DNA from: Catajapyx aquilonaris
Lineage: Eukaryota
Length of the DNA stretch: 51,681 nt
Direction of reading: 5' to 3'
Assembly: GCA_000934665.2 (NCBI GenBank)
Contig: KZ538004.1
Span: 124,001 to 175,681 of the forward strand
Shown here piece by piece: positions 11,989 through 25,879 of this stretch. The notes beneath the pieces are model-generated. The model ran no database searches and had not been told where the DNA came from. It saw only the letters and a program-made list of their open reading frames with translations. How positions within the stretch are numbered: the stretch's first letter is position 1; each line of letters begins with the position of its first letter. The translations under genes were made by a program, and so were the position numbers.

Positions 11989-12200
11989 AGGTCCTGAGTT
12001 CGGTCCCCGGGTCGGACGGAGGATACTTATGTGGATAGAGTTTCGATGGGTTCTCTCCGTGTTCGCGTGGGTTTTCTCAGGGTTCTCCCGTTTCCTCCCA
12101 CTATCAAAATCCATCACATTACAGGGCAATGATTAAAATCGGTTATTCAAAAGATGATCCCCTAAGAGGCCCAAGGGGCCTATCACGGGGTATCCATTAT
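11989..12200 (+). mobile_element. 5'-truncated V-domain SINE (family B)
   Basis: Central GTTCTCTCCGTGTTCGCGTGGGTTTTCTCAGGGTTCTCCCGTTTCCTCCCAC resembles the V-SINE conserved domain. 15-bp TSD AAGTGGGGAGATGAA (11974-11988, 12201-12215). Full copy at 30628. Confidence 0.85.
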
Positions 12201-12335
12201 AAGTGGGGAGATGAAGTGGCGCCGCGGTAACGCGCGCGCCCACGGATATGAAGGTCCCGGGTTCAATCCCCACCCGGGGTTCCCACCTTTATCCGTGCAG
12301 AGTTGGGCCATCTCTGGCTTCATTTCGGGTGGAAA

Positions 12336-13120
12336 GGAGGAGGCACAAAATATATGGGCGAGTGGCCTTCCGTTCGATTTGCCTGAAAATGGGATATGTT
12401 ATGGCCCAGACCATCCTGATCAATGTTAGATAGGGACATTTCGAGGTAAAACCTACAGGGAGGGTGCTATTGACCTCCGAAGGTCATATGGGATATGATT
12501 TGGTTTTCCGTTCGATTTGGCTGGAAATTGGATATGTTGCAGCCCAGACCATCCTGATCAATGTTGGATAGGGACATTTCGAGGTAGGACCTACAGGGAG
12601 CATGCTAATTGCTATTCATCGAAGAGGCTAGAAGACTGCTGTGAGAGAAACCTCGCTTCCTTACATTGACCCAATGAATGTTGAAGTGCAGCTGGAGGAA
12701 ACTCCAGATGACAACCTTCAAGGAGTAGAATTTGAACCAGATGAATAGGTAATAACAAGATTAATAGATAATTTAATGCAATAACCATTGAGTTCCTGAG
12801 ACTTATTGTAGTCTACTACTCCCCCTATTACCTGCGGAGGTCATTAGCATGCTCCCTGTAGGTCCTACCTCGAAATGTCCCCATCCAACATTGATCAGGA
12901 TGGTCTGGGCTGCAACATATCCAATTTTAAGCCAAATCGAACGGAAAACCAGATCATATCCCATATGACCTTCGGAGGTCAATAGCATGCTCCCTGTAGG
13001 TCCTACCTCGAAATGTCCCTATCCAACATTGATCAGGATGGTCTGGGCCACAACATAATTATCCAATTTTCAGGCAAATCGAACGGAAGGCCACTCGCCC
13101 ATATATTTTGTGCCTCATCC
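12336..13120. mobile_element. Fold-back DNA element inserted at AAA|TTT without TSD (Spy-like)
   Basis: TIRs GGA(G/T)GAGGCACAAAATATATGGGCGAGTGGCCTTCCGTTCGATTTG with ~138-bp internal tandem units. Flanks GGTGGAAA and TTTCCTAAAG rejoin into the SINE body. Confidence 0.8.
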
Positions 13121-13325
13121 TTTCCTAAAGACTAATCCACCCGGGGGAGTTCACAAAATGACCACACAAAGACAGCGCACATGCACTTTGCACATCCCCT
13201 CCCAACTACCCTTGGAGTAAACTAATAAGATCCTTCTTAACTCGCTCCAACAAATCCCGATGGTGGTAATTCCACCCCCCCCCCAAAAGGAGTAAGTAGC
13301 TCCCTAAGTGGGGCAATGAAAAAAA

Positions 13326-13414
<89 letters not shown>

Positions 13415-14239
13415 CCCAAAGGTCAGAGAATGGGGTATATAATAAAAAATATAAAAATACATTTTGCCCAATACATTAGATGTACGTTTGACTATCCAAC
13501 AAACAGTCGGCAAAATATTTAGAAGTAAGTATATTAACAACCCCAAAATGAGGATTCCTAGCTATTCATCAAATATGAGGAAGCGTCCCCGCCAAAAGCG
13601 GCTATCTTCAATAATTTTTGTCGTTTTTGAGTTAACACTACTATTAAAATCCTCAAGTAAAGGTGCATCTATGAGCCAAAGAGCCCGATTGAAATGAGCT
13701 TTTTTGGGGCCATAAACAAGAGGATGAAACCAGATAATCCCATTTACAGCCAAACAAATCGAATGTACAAAAGTGGCTTTTTCTTGGAACGAGGTTCGGC
13801 TAAGATTGCCGCTTTCGGCGGCCGCCTCGTCATATTTTCTGAAGTCTACAGTGTCAAATCATACTGTAGCTTAGAAAGGTGGTTATAATTCCTTGAATCG
13901 TGCCAATATCCCCATGTAACATTCCTGACTAGCTTCATATTTAAGATTAGGCAGATCTGTGCCTTATCTCAGTACACAGAATCGCTCCGGACATTTTCAT
14001 ACAAGTTGCTCAAACTTCGACAATAGCATGTCGAGATAATTCAGCCCTCCGTTTCATAAAATTCTCAAGCTACATTACCATTTTATGAGATACCCACATT
14101 TCTTGGTTAACACAAGATGCAGGCACTCTGCTGAACTTTCAATTTTTTAAATTTATTTTTATTTACCCCGTGATTGGCCACATTGGCCCTTTTTGCTTCC
14201 AGGCTTATTTTCACCTGGCTGGAGCCTTTTTACGAATCA

Positions 14240-14483
14240 CACTGGTCCAAGGGCAGGGTGACTGGGAGGGGATGTGCAAAGTGCAAGTGCATGTCTCATA
14301 CAGTAGCCTACATAGCTTGTGAACTCCCCCGGGTGGATTAGTCTGTCAGAGATTCCACCCGAGAAGAAGCCAGAGACGACCCAACTCTGCACGAGATGAA
14401 GGGGGAAGACCCCGGGCTGGGATAGAACCTGGGACACCTTCCATCCGTGGGTGCATGTTACCGCAGCACAACTCCACCTCCCC
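14240..14483 (-). mobile_element. SINE family A copy, 3' tail missing or diverged
   Basis: Reverse-complement head and body match to the other family A copies. Confidence 0.85.
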
Positions 14484-14619
14484 TCTGCTGAACAATTGAA
14501 GATCTGTCCTGCACACCTCACCTTACCAGCTGACAGCCATGCAAATCTTTCTTGCCATATGATTTATATTGGAGGCAGGTGCTTAAATAATCAAAAATGC
14601 TATAAAGTATTTTCTCTCT

Positions 14620-14625
14620 TTTATT
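14620..14625 (-). terminator. Candidate actin polyadenylation signal AATAAA
   Basis: TTTATT on the plus strand ~410 nt downstream of the actin stop. Confidence 0.45.
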
Positions 14626-15036
14626 TCACAAGTTCCCCACTTTATCTCCATCACAAATCAAATTTTTACCACACCAAAGTCGCCGCTAATAGTGGCATAG
14701 ACACACATGATTTTTCGGTGCTCTAAATATGATACAGCTGGAATGGATAAGAAAATTCTTCACGAACTCTTTCAGTTGTCTTCTGCGTATTACAGCCCCA
14801 TCTTTTTAACGATATGATTCGAGACAAAAAAAAAAGTGAAATATGGGGGTGGGCAAAGAACATTAATTTGACCAATTTTAAACATTCCAAGACTAGGAAC
14901 AGCCAGGAGGGGATAACCTGCCACCACCTAAGCGCATCCACACCTCCTCCACCCTTTCAAATCCCGGATCCACGGTGGTTCAATTTCTTTCAGTAATTTA
15001 GATCCACATGATTCTTAAAAACCTGGCAACCTACAC

Positions 15037-16381
<1,345 letters not shown>

Positions 16382-16405
16382 CTAGCAATGTAGATGATTG
16401 GAATA

Positions 16406-17110
16406 ACTGTTGAAGAGAAGTCACCGGTTAGTACTAGGTTAAGTTCCCCAAAACCCACACAAGCTAAGACGAATAATGGAACACTAGCCCCCAAGTGCTG
16501 CACACCCTAACTCCATATTAGGCCAACTCACTTTAAGGCAACACACCCCCTCTCGCCACTACCAACCGACTGACTGACTCACTACACCGGCTCCTGCCTC
16601 CTTTTGAGTACCCGAACTCGGTGGTCCGTGGATGATAACGGGCATAACACGGGAATCTCCCACACCTCTACCCCCCCTCTCCCCAACCACCAACCTCCAA
16701 TGCTAATAAGGCCGCAAGGACCCCAACCAATCCCCGCGTTCTTTACCATATATGGACAGGAGCTGCCGGCATCTCAGAGGGAGGCCACAAGCCGGGGGAG
16801 GAGCGGGGAGGACCACTAAAACGTGGAGGAACCGGGGAGTGGAAGAAAACTGCACACCAGGCCCGCCCCGGGGCCACCCCGAACCCCCCAACCACCGACC
16901 GCAACCTGTTGGAGCAACCGGCGAAAAAAAAAAAAAAGCCGGCACCACGTNGGGCTAGCACACCAACCACCCCCGTACCTTCCTACCAGCAACAGAAGAC
17001 GGGCTCCAACCGAGAGGGCCAACTCGCCGCAAATGGTGTAGAACGCGCTTCGTACCTTCGGCTTCATCCACTCGGACTCGGACGAGCCCACTTCAATCGT
17101 AGGGGAGGCA
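16406..17110 (-). other. Actin 5' UTR: non-coding first exon (~17110-17056) and first intron ending at 16407
   Basis: Acceptor ttctcttcaacag|TTATTCC at 16407/16406 with a ctaac branch-like site ~20 nt upstream; donor AAG|gtacg at 17056/17055; TATA-like TAAATAAAAGG ~17136-17146. Confidence 0.55.
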
Positions 17111-17547
17111 CTCTAAATGGCCCCCCTCCTCCCCCCCTTTTATTTAATAAAATTCCGGTCAGCCCCACACCCTCACGTGCCCGTATTGCCTCCTACCCCA
17201 ATTCCCACCCTTGCAAAAATCCTGCCCTGGGTTCGGCCCCTAGCGTTGGCATCCACCTACCACCCCTTTTCCGGACGAGTCCACCGCCTTTCCAGAGAAC
17301 CGTTTTTACCATATATGGGCATAAACCAGAGGCCGGCCGCTGATTGGCCGAGAGCCCGGCCCGCGCCGGCCGGCAGCCGCGCGCCCGCTCATTTCATTCG
17401 AGTGCGGGCTGCCCCTCTATGGTTCAAAACGAGGGACACTGCATTCGACTTAACCTGTATTCAAATCATGACACCTACTGCATGTGGGGCAGGAACTGGG
17501 TTACGGTTGGTCAGGGTTTCTATTTGCGGCTACATGCTGTGACGTCA
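16513..17547 (-). promoter_or_regulatory. Actin proximal promoter and intron-1 enhancer: CArG boxes, CCAAT, TATA-like element, CRE
   Basis: CCATATTAGG 16513-16522; CCATATATGG 16746-16755 and 17309-17318, both in the extended SRF context TG(T/C)CCATATATGGTAAA; ATTGG 17343-17347; TGACGTCA 17540-17547; GC/CpG-rich. Confidence 0.8.
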
Positions 17548-20500
17548 TACCAATCAAGTTTTTAAGAAATATATAACATGCCAGTGAACGAATGACAGAA
17601 AACTGGAGTGAAAGTCATCCTGTTTTGCCCCCGTGCCGTAATCTGCTCACAGTGTGAACGACACGTCCAACTGACGGGAGGAATTTGCGCGTCGGATGTC
17701 AACAGGCCGGTAACAAATGGCTTCATTACAGCGATATATATTTGATGAGTCAGGTCAACTTGTGATTCAATAGTCTGGTAGTCCCGGTCATATCTGTAAT
17801 TCTTTTGATGCACCGGATGATTCATCTTGAATGCCGAAAAGGCCCACCTGAGCGCCGAATTTTGGAATCCTCTCCAATGCGGTTCCTCACCTTGACCTTG
17901 GCGGGAAATAATAATATGTAAAAAAAAAAAAAATGGAGGGTAATCCGTACGTGGCTCAAGGCTTCAGAACTTAGGTCCATGTCTACCCGTTTTCGCTGGG
18001 CTGACCTCGTAAACGTGGGCCTCCGGCGAGCAGCTGATGCATGACGTTTTATTAGACTACCCTATGATGCCACGTTCCACTTCTTCTCCCTGTTTCTCTT
18101 TTTGCACAATCTGGTATCCCCTCCTCTAACTAACAGATCCGCTTCAATTGTCTCATTATCCCATTTTCGGCACCCGTTATAACTGGACAAGGCGCCGGAA
18201 ATGTCCGCATTTTTTTTTTTTTTTTGCCGGACCCGAATTTCAAAATTGGCGCATTAGGTATGGATCAATTTTGACAGGAGCTCATACTGAATAAGCGTGA
18301 ATAAGTATCACATATGGAGAAATTCCTGCAGCATGATTCTACCAAGTGCATTGTATGGCGCGCCGATTGTTCTCTTATCGATATTACTCACGCATATACC
18401 AGCCACAAAAGAACGTATGGAGCATTCCTAACGTGCGGTGCTGGGCAGACAACCGCGTAAAAAAAACCTGAGGCTGTACAGTACATATTCATCATCGGTT
18501 TACAGTTGTTTGGAATCTGCAATGTCTGTCGGCATCGGTGTCCATATGGCGCCAAATATGATGACAGCTCCAGCGCAACACTTCGCCATACCTTATCCTA
18601 ACATAGCAATGCATCAAATAATGAACTCACATAACTCTGGCGTAGATATTGACAAGACAGTTGTTATCGCAAGAGGCAGGATATCCAGTCAAGCCATCAT
18701 ACCACGAATACAGCACTTGAAGCAAATTCTAGTTTTGCAATCGTAAACATCGACTTGGCTGTCATGGTTACGATGAACCGACAATATGAGTCAGACACGG
18801 AGCTTCTCTCGCGATATGTCGCCTTACGCAATTGTGAGGCCAAAACTATCCGGAAGGGATCATCTTCCTACACGGCACTACAGGTCGACCTTGGCAGGAG
18901 GATATTGGTTGTTCGAGTAGTAATTTCCAAAGATAGGCAGTGATCTAAATGGAGGGCCCGACACACCCATGTAATAGTGTCGGATATTGAGTGATGCGTT
19001 GTGCATTGCAATCATATGATTACACGCGTTATGAATACTGGAATTTTCGCGAATTTCATATAAATTCTGTGCTAATTTCCAGACTCACATTCTCCGCATA
19101 CGCCCACGGCTGCATATAGCCTGCCTAGAATCTGCACAATTCACAGTACTGTACCTGCAATATTAAACAATGCACTAGACACCAGTTGAACTGTGCGATG
19201 CAAGATACATGCTTCATAATTAAGTAGTCCTGCCAGTATATAAATCCACTGTATATTTTCATTCTCCTCGTAGATATCGTGTTGCTGACCTAATAAATCC
19301 AATGAACTTGCCCCCTCGTGACCCCTTGTCTTGTCTGGGGGATGAAATTGGCACGGTCTGACTGGTTATCTATATTTCGCACCCGATATATACGTCACGC
19401 TTTTACATATCCAGAATCTCAGTAGCCCGTGACTATATAGAAAGAAGATATTTTCTGAGATAACTGGTGACATCAACAAGCCTCGCGTTTTGATTTCAAA
19501 AATTAGTTCGGCTATAAATAATAACAGTACCTGTAATATACAAGGACTGCATATCGCGAGCAACCAAAGTTCTGCCATCGTGTTTCCAGGTACAGTATAT
19601 TGGGGGGGNGGGGGGGGCGCAATCGAGTTTCACCTTGAGGAATGACCGTGACAGTGAAATAAAAATTGGTACCCCCCGCTTTTCTCGGGATATCCCATTG
19701 CCGCATGGTAGCAAACCCCGCATTGTTTCCGCTTCCTAATCCACCAAACAGCTCCAGGCTCGCAAAACCCTCTAATAATATATTGGGCAGTCAGGGCGGA
19801 GTTGTCATTATAGAATTAGATCCGCTTGATTAGCAACCCCTTGCCTGTAATGCACGCTTGAAAAGTGGGCCCCAAGCATCCTTGCTCATTACCTACAAGT
19901 TGAACAGTCCTAGACGAGATTCGGTAAATCATTATAAAGTATCATGTACAGTACTTCTGCGACTAACATTAAGTTCTGTTCACGTGCTCTACCTGCTCCT
20001 TCCCAAATACCACATGCAAGCCAGGTGTGGTGTCGCCCTAGCGGCTAGCCGTCATTGTTGCCCACTTTCCAGATGTCGTTCCTTCTGGGAGCTCTCCGGT
20101 GACCACATCTGCCACGTCTACCACGTTGTCATTCAAGGTTAACTCATCCCAGCTTGGATTTTGGGATCGGATGTCATTAAGAGATCGCAGGCAAGCCATA
20201 CTATTGTATGCCACATGACGCATTCAAAAGGAAACCAGAGGAAACTGGGCGATAATTATTTAGGCAATGACGTCAGCCTGGAATGCGCTTCACATGTCGC
20301 AAGCCATTTGAGGGGGGGGGGGGGTGCATTGCAATCCACATTTGGACGTCTAGACCCCATGCAGTTATCTCCGCCATCAAAAAACCACCCCCTTCATCAT
20401 AATCTCCAATCTCCAGCAGAGGCATGATTTATTATGTTCGCCACACTCGGCTCGCACCGGTTTCACCAGTGCCCCACTTGCAGCATAAGTTCATGTAGGC

Positions 20501-21806
20501 CCTGTTTTATCACATGAAATTTTCAAAATTGCCTTACAACAAAAAAAAAGTAAAAAGAAATGAAAATTGGTGATCCTCCTAGAACCTTCCATAAAACGAC
20601 CCTGCCTGTATTAACTCTGGTCGAAATTAGCATAACCCTGCCTCACTTTTTTGCCCTGTCACACCTGTGTTTGTATGACTTCATTCTGATGTCATCTGGT
20701 TACATCTGGAGCATATTGAGGTCATTTGTGGGGGTCATGCAGTTCGATTTATTTTCACATCGGCTATTGTCAACTGGCAGCGACAGGTCAGCCCGTATGT
20801 AGTTAGGCAGTTTTTGCGGTTATAGGGATGTGGGTCCGGTTCTGGGCTGTTCCGTTAGCGCCTTTTTGGGGTGCAAGACAGGTCAAACGGGCGTTACATT
20901 CCACGGATTTTGACCCTTGGATTTTTTTTCTCTCTCTCTCTTTCCTCCTGTATTATGCGGCATCATCATGGAAAGATTATTGACGTAATAATCAGGCACG
21001 GAACTTCACCTGCCAAACACCAAAACCGCGTTTTTTGTCTTCTTCTTCTCTATAGTGACATACCAGGAAACAGGAGTTAAGAACCGGTTCGTAATCGGTT
21101 TCATGTCAGCAAATAATCAATGAGGCACTAATCCCCAGGAGAAGCTGGAATTCCGCCTGGAATGCACACGTGTTCCTCATGAGAGATCCCGTCTCAAAGC
21201 CAGTTAGTTGTTCGACCCTTTCTTGTTCGTCTTCATACCAACCAGAATCAATCCCCTCCAACAAATTAACTCCGGATAAATACAGTCGAAAGAAGGTGAA
21301 TGGAGGTTGCTCACATCTGAGCTGAATGGACCTCCAGAATCGATAACCGGTTTTTGGTCCAACCCAAAAAGACGAGTGTCACGTGCCCAATCAATACGTT
21401 GTCTCCACTGAGATAGGTCATGCTTCCACGCCTGGAGTTCTAACAAAAAAAAAAAAAAAAAAAGGAAGGCTCGATGCCACCTAATAAAATTAGGGCGGAT
21501 TTCTTGGATCGCGTGTACGGTGCTAACTTTCGGGAATCACAGTGATTTGGCCTGTATACCGTTGCGGCAAAAATTGCGAATTTGATACACTCCGGACCTA
21601 TACCTATAGTGAAAGAAGAAATTTTCATTCATGATTTCGACCTTTCGTGCGGATAATTGATAACTAATAGCGGTCTACGTGATTCCTTATCGAGCAGGTT
21701 ACGAAAGTTGGGAGGATTTTCCGGGAATAAATATGGAATAGGTGGCTGAGGCACACACGCCGATTTTCTAATAGCATTTTCAGCACAGCCGGATGTTCAC
21801 ACTGAG

Positions 21807-24800
21807 CCATATTAGGTTCATTTACATTGCCAACAGTATTGTTTCCTCTCCACACACAGCCCCAGGCAACTCCTTGTTCTAAAGTTTTGCGCCCAAATCC
21901 TTCTCATCATGATATCACTGTGCAAATACAGTGCTCGGCAAGGAAACTGACGAACTTACGTAACTGATGCAAAATTCATTTATGAACATATTTGAACAAT
22001 CGTCGCCCTGAATCAGCAGAATATTGCGCCCATATAGCCTTGCGGGAGACTATATTCAATGAGCACGTGGAGCGAAAAAAAATTAAGGAAAAAAAAACCC
22101 CCGCCAGTGAATTCCCACGTACAACACTTCCCACAGGAAGACGCGCCCGTATTATATCATATGAAATTACATCCCCGTCCTCCCAGTAGTTAACGAAATC
22201 TCGGCCGTCGTCTTGACTTGTTGACTCTCAATCCCCAAATGAAAGGACTATATTTGTCCTCTTTACGCAGCCACTTTCATGCCCAGATTTTTTTCTATTT
22301 GATTTTCAAAGCCCTGTGAGTGCACGTGGGAGTGCCTCATGTCGCTTTATGGTATGGGGGGGGCCTGTCTTTTGCGCGCAGTTCATAGTTCCACATAAAA
22401 ATCAAGCGCTATAAACTGGACACCCCCAAACCCGTATTTTGGCCAAAATCAGTCTAGAAAGGCCACGCATCCTTATTTGGTCTCGAATTCGCACGGACCT
22501 CCGCATAAGGCTCTCCTTGACAACCAAACGATAAAAAAAAGTCAAATCGGGATCAAGTTCATGGCAGAGAAGGCAACTGGCAGCCTGACCAGGCGTATCA
22601 ATGGCATATGCTGCCCCCCCCNAATGTAGGCCACGTTGTCCGGTGCATTTTCGGGGCCTGGAGAAAATGAGTGGAAGTGAGTCTGGGGCGTCGACTTCCC
22701 CGTTGACTCAATCCCTACAAGCCCCGGCCGGCCGGGCTCCGACATCGATTGCATGAGGGCCGGACTACGCTGCTCCTTCCCATATAAGGGCAGGGAGAGA
22801 AGATGAGACAGACGGAATGTGTGTCAACTCTGAACCAGGGAGATAGCTGCTACACCCCACACCCCCTTGGTGAGGCTTACAGCCTGATACCAAACCAGGG
22901 CAAGCGGCCGGTTTTCTTCTCTTTTTTTCTTCTTTTTTTCAATGGTGGGTTTGGGTGATAGGACATATTGCACATTGGCACCCGGTAGGTGTAACGATTT
23001 GTGGGTCATGTGTCGGGGTACTGCTTCGGAGGGTATAAGCTTTAAAGTGTGAGAGGGTGCGTCAGCATTTAATCTTCGTTAATGATATGCAAATGCTCAA
23101 AAATATGCGGGCTCGTACCGTTTAGTGAGTTATTTATGGCGTAGATATGCAGTAAGCTCTCCTGTGCCCTGAGCAGATTACAATCTCCAGGTTATCAATA
23201 ATTATCCTGGTGGGATTCACTGATTATAATCAGTGAATCCCACCATGCCGATATAATGTTCGTTTATCAGTTAAGGAAAGTTGGCAGTGTACGTCTCAAT
23301 AGTTGATATGCTGATATGTTAAGAAATGTTTCTTACGTCTTTTCACTTTTAGGAAAATGTGATGTACTAGTTGTTGGAATAATGCATCATGGCAGTATAA
23401 TGGATGAGTCGGTAATTGTCTTAATCTGTCGCATGGCAATTTGGTTCATCCTGTACACAATTTTCCGAGCAATCACCACGACTTAATATTTATCACCGCT
23501 ATGTATTTATTAGTTTACAGTCACAATAAAAATATTCGGCACAACAACAGATAAAAATGATAGTTACTGAGAGGGCGTATCGGTATCTACGCCAACGAAA
23601 AAAAAAAATCCCTGCATGCATAATTGAGTAACTAATTACGCAAAGAGAGGGCGTACCCATCCTTCATATTCCCTCCGGGTTAGGTGTGACATTTTGACAT
23701 GGGCAACACTTTTAGCGTTGTGTGCTGTAATGAGGATAAAATGCCTGACTCGACTGCAATGGTTAGCTGCACTTTGACAGTCAACTACCCTCCCAGTCAT
23801 CCACAAATGCTCCGTTTCCCGGCTTGGAAATGATGCCAAGGCTACCTACCCCTGCCTATATGGACGTAATGCAAGTCCAATGACACCGGCTAAAAAGAGT
23901 TAGATTCACTGCTTTATTCTCACGGTCATCTTCAAGGTGCAAAAGAGAAGGCCTTGACTTGCTCACTAGCGGCATGACACTTTTTCAGATGGTGAATGGA
24001 CTCCCAAATAGGACGCAAGCCATTTTAGACACCGGGCCATGTCCTCGGGTTGCATACGGGCAAGGATAACAGCCCGAGGGCAAAACCGTCCAACCAGCCC
24101 AATGATGGCCATGCTTGGTTATGTCGGTCTGGGACCGAAAGTCGGTATGGTAATCACCCGCATGGCGTAACATAACCAGTATGTATGGGAGTCGAATAGT
24201 TCGAGATCCTGTTTATGCTGGTTGCACTGATTACGAACAGGCCAGGAAAAGCTAGCTGTCACTGCTGCTACAACATTGGCTCCAAATAATGGCACCAACG
24301 TTATACGCCTGATAAGATTATCCCAGCGCAATATCACGAGTCCTGAAAGCTTCATCATGGAGACAACACCTCCTGAATTTAATTACATTTACGCAATCAG
24401 CTCCCAGCTTCTGCCCGGACGGCTGCAATAGACTTCACCAGGCGCTCCTCGTCTAAAGCCCTGCCAACCAGCACTTATTGCAAATATGCGAGCAACAGGC
24501 GGTTTTGGCCAACTCCAGCTGTTGTGTGACTCATCGCTGTGCATTATGAGAGATGATAATGACTGACGCGGAGGACGTTGACCATTGCGGTCCATTTATC
24601 TTCCTAGCCCGTTTATGGCCATAAGGAGCAAAATGGACCTCCTGCGGTGCACCATGTTCGATATGTCGCCGCAGTATGCGGAACGACAGGAAATGAGCAG
24701 GCCGTTGAAATTTGTTGAAATGTCTGGCTACGAAATGCCCGGCTAATTATTGAATATCAACCATTAGATAAGCTGGTGTGCTCATTAGTGCCCGTTTTAC

Positions 24801-25879
24801 AGGATGCAGACCGCTGAAATAAAGGAAAGGTCGATTTTCTTTTTCTTCTAGCTTCCTTTCCTTCGTAGGGACACGGTTCGCGTTTCTTTTCACGCTTCTC
24901 ATTGTCAAGGCAAGCAGCGTGACCACGTATCCAACGCGATAATTATCAGAGCAATGAAGTTCGCCTGATTATTCTCCCGGGGCTCATTCAAGGACAACCT
25001 CCTCATACCTTGGTATCTTCGTTCTGAATTTCGATCCGAATGCCTTCACGAAACATTGACGTCTAATAGGTAACTTTACTGTTCTGCCAGTCCGAGTTTC
25101 ACCTGGGATCCAGCTACGCCTTGCCCATATCTAGGTCTATGTTTCAAGTTGGTCACACCTACACGATGGGCCACAAAGTTGTGACAAGTAGGTGCAGGAT
25201 GGTCCACAACTCCCATTCCACCGGTATGCCCACTGAAAGTGGTACGGAGTGCCTGTACAGCAGGCGTTGTGAAATCGTGCTGCCTACATACGTTCGGATT
25301 TTTTTTTTTTTGGGGNGGGGGGGGGGGGAGTTATAGTCTATACCACGGTCTATACGTTATAGCCTGCATGCCGTTCGTTCACCTGCAATAACATAGCGAA
25401 ATCTCTTTAGGTGTAGGCGCCGAATCTAAGTGTCCTGCTCGATCATCCAGAGTGTGTGCAAATAGAGAGAGAGAAAAAATGTCCCGTCGCTTAGAAAGGC
25501 TATAACATTTCCTTATGGGCTTGTAAGCTGGTGGCCCCTTATCAAAAGTGACTACACGACAAACTTGGTCAAGTTCCTGCCGCGACTGTGGCCACCGCAG
25601 GATAAAGAAGATATCCCCGACAGGAACACTGCGGCTAACCCTCCAATTTTCCTCGCGGTCATGAACATTAGTTGATTTAAAAAGGCGTGTCCCACCAAAC
25701 TTACTCGAGTAATTTTTCCCCCTGTTGGAAGTCCTGTTATATAGAAAATGAATCGTGGCAATAATAGAAGACTTTCACATCATTTCTCATAGGCAATGAG
25801 TTATATATTTTTACCCCATGGCCTTTACCTGGGACATTCATTTATTTGAAGGCTAGGTCTGGAGTTCAACCATAAAAGG
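21807..25879. promoter_or_regulatory. Distal CArG cluster (candidate actin enhancers)
   Basis: Perfect CC(A/T)6GG at 21807-21816, 22471-22480, 22780-22789 and 25870-25879. Confidence 0.5.
23208..23245. repeat. Perfect 38-bp spacer-less palindrome
   Basis: TGGTGGGATTCACTGATTA|TAATCAGTGAATCCCACCA. Confidence 0.95.

Larger units (their letters stand above)
11977..13410 (+). mobile_element. SINE family A variant with an alternative 3' tail and (AAT)n, carrying two nested insertions
   Basis: Head at 12205-12335, body resuming at 13121-13200, a different tail at 13200-13326, and (AAT)n at 13327-13410. TSD TAATAATGACCCAAAG at 11961-11976 and 13406-13421. Confidence 0.85.

Noticed and set aside
13440..14110. 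Possible LINE reverse-transcriptase remnant on the minus strand
   Set aside because: Only vague motif resemblance across broken frames; cannot be supported without a search.
16604..17565. Cluster of overlapping Pro/Gly/Arg-rich ORFs
   Set aside because: By-product of the GC-rich actin promoter and first intron; no coding hallmarks.
18438..24595. Scattered 60-100 aa ORFs (e.g. 18438-18746, 21204-21446, 24119-24358)
   Set aside because: No recognisable domains and no consistent exon chain found.
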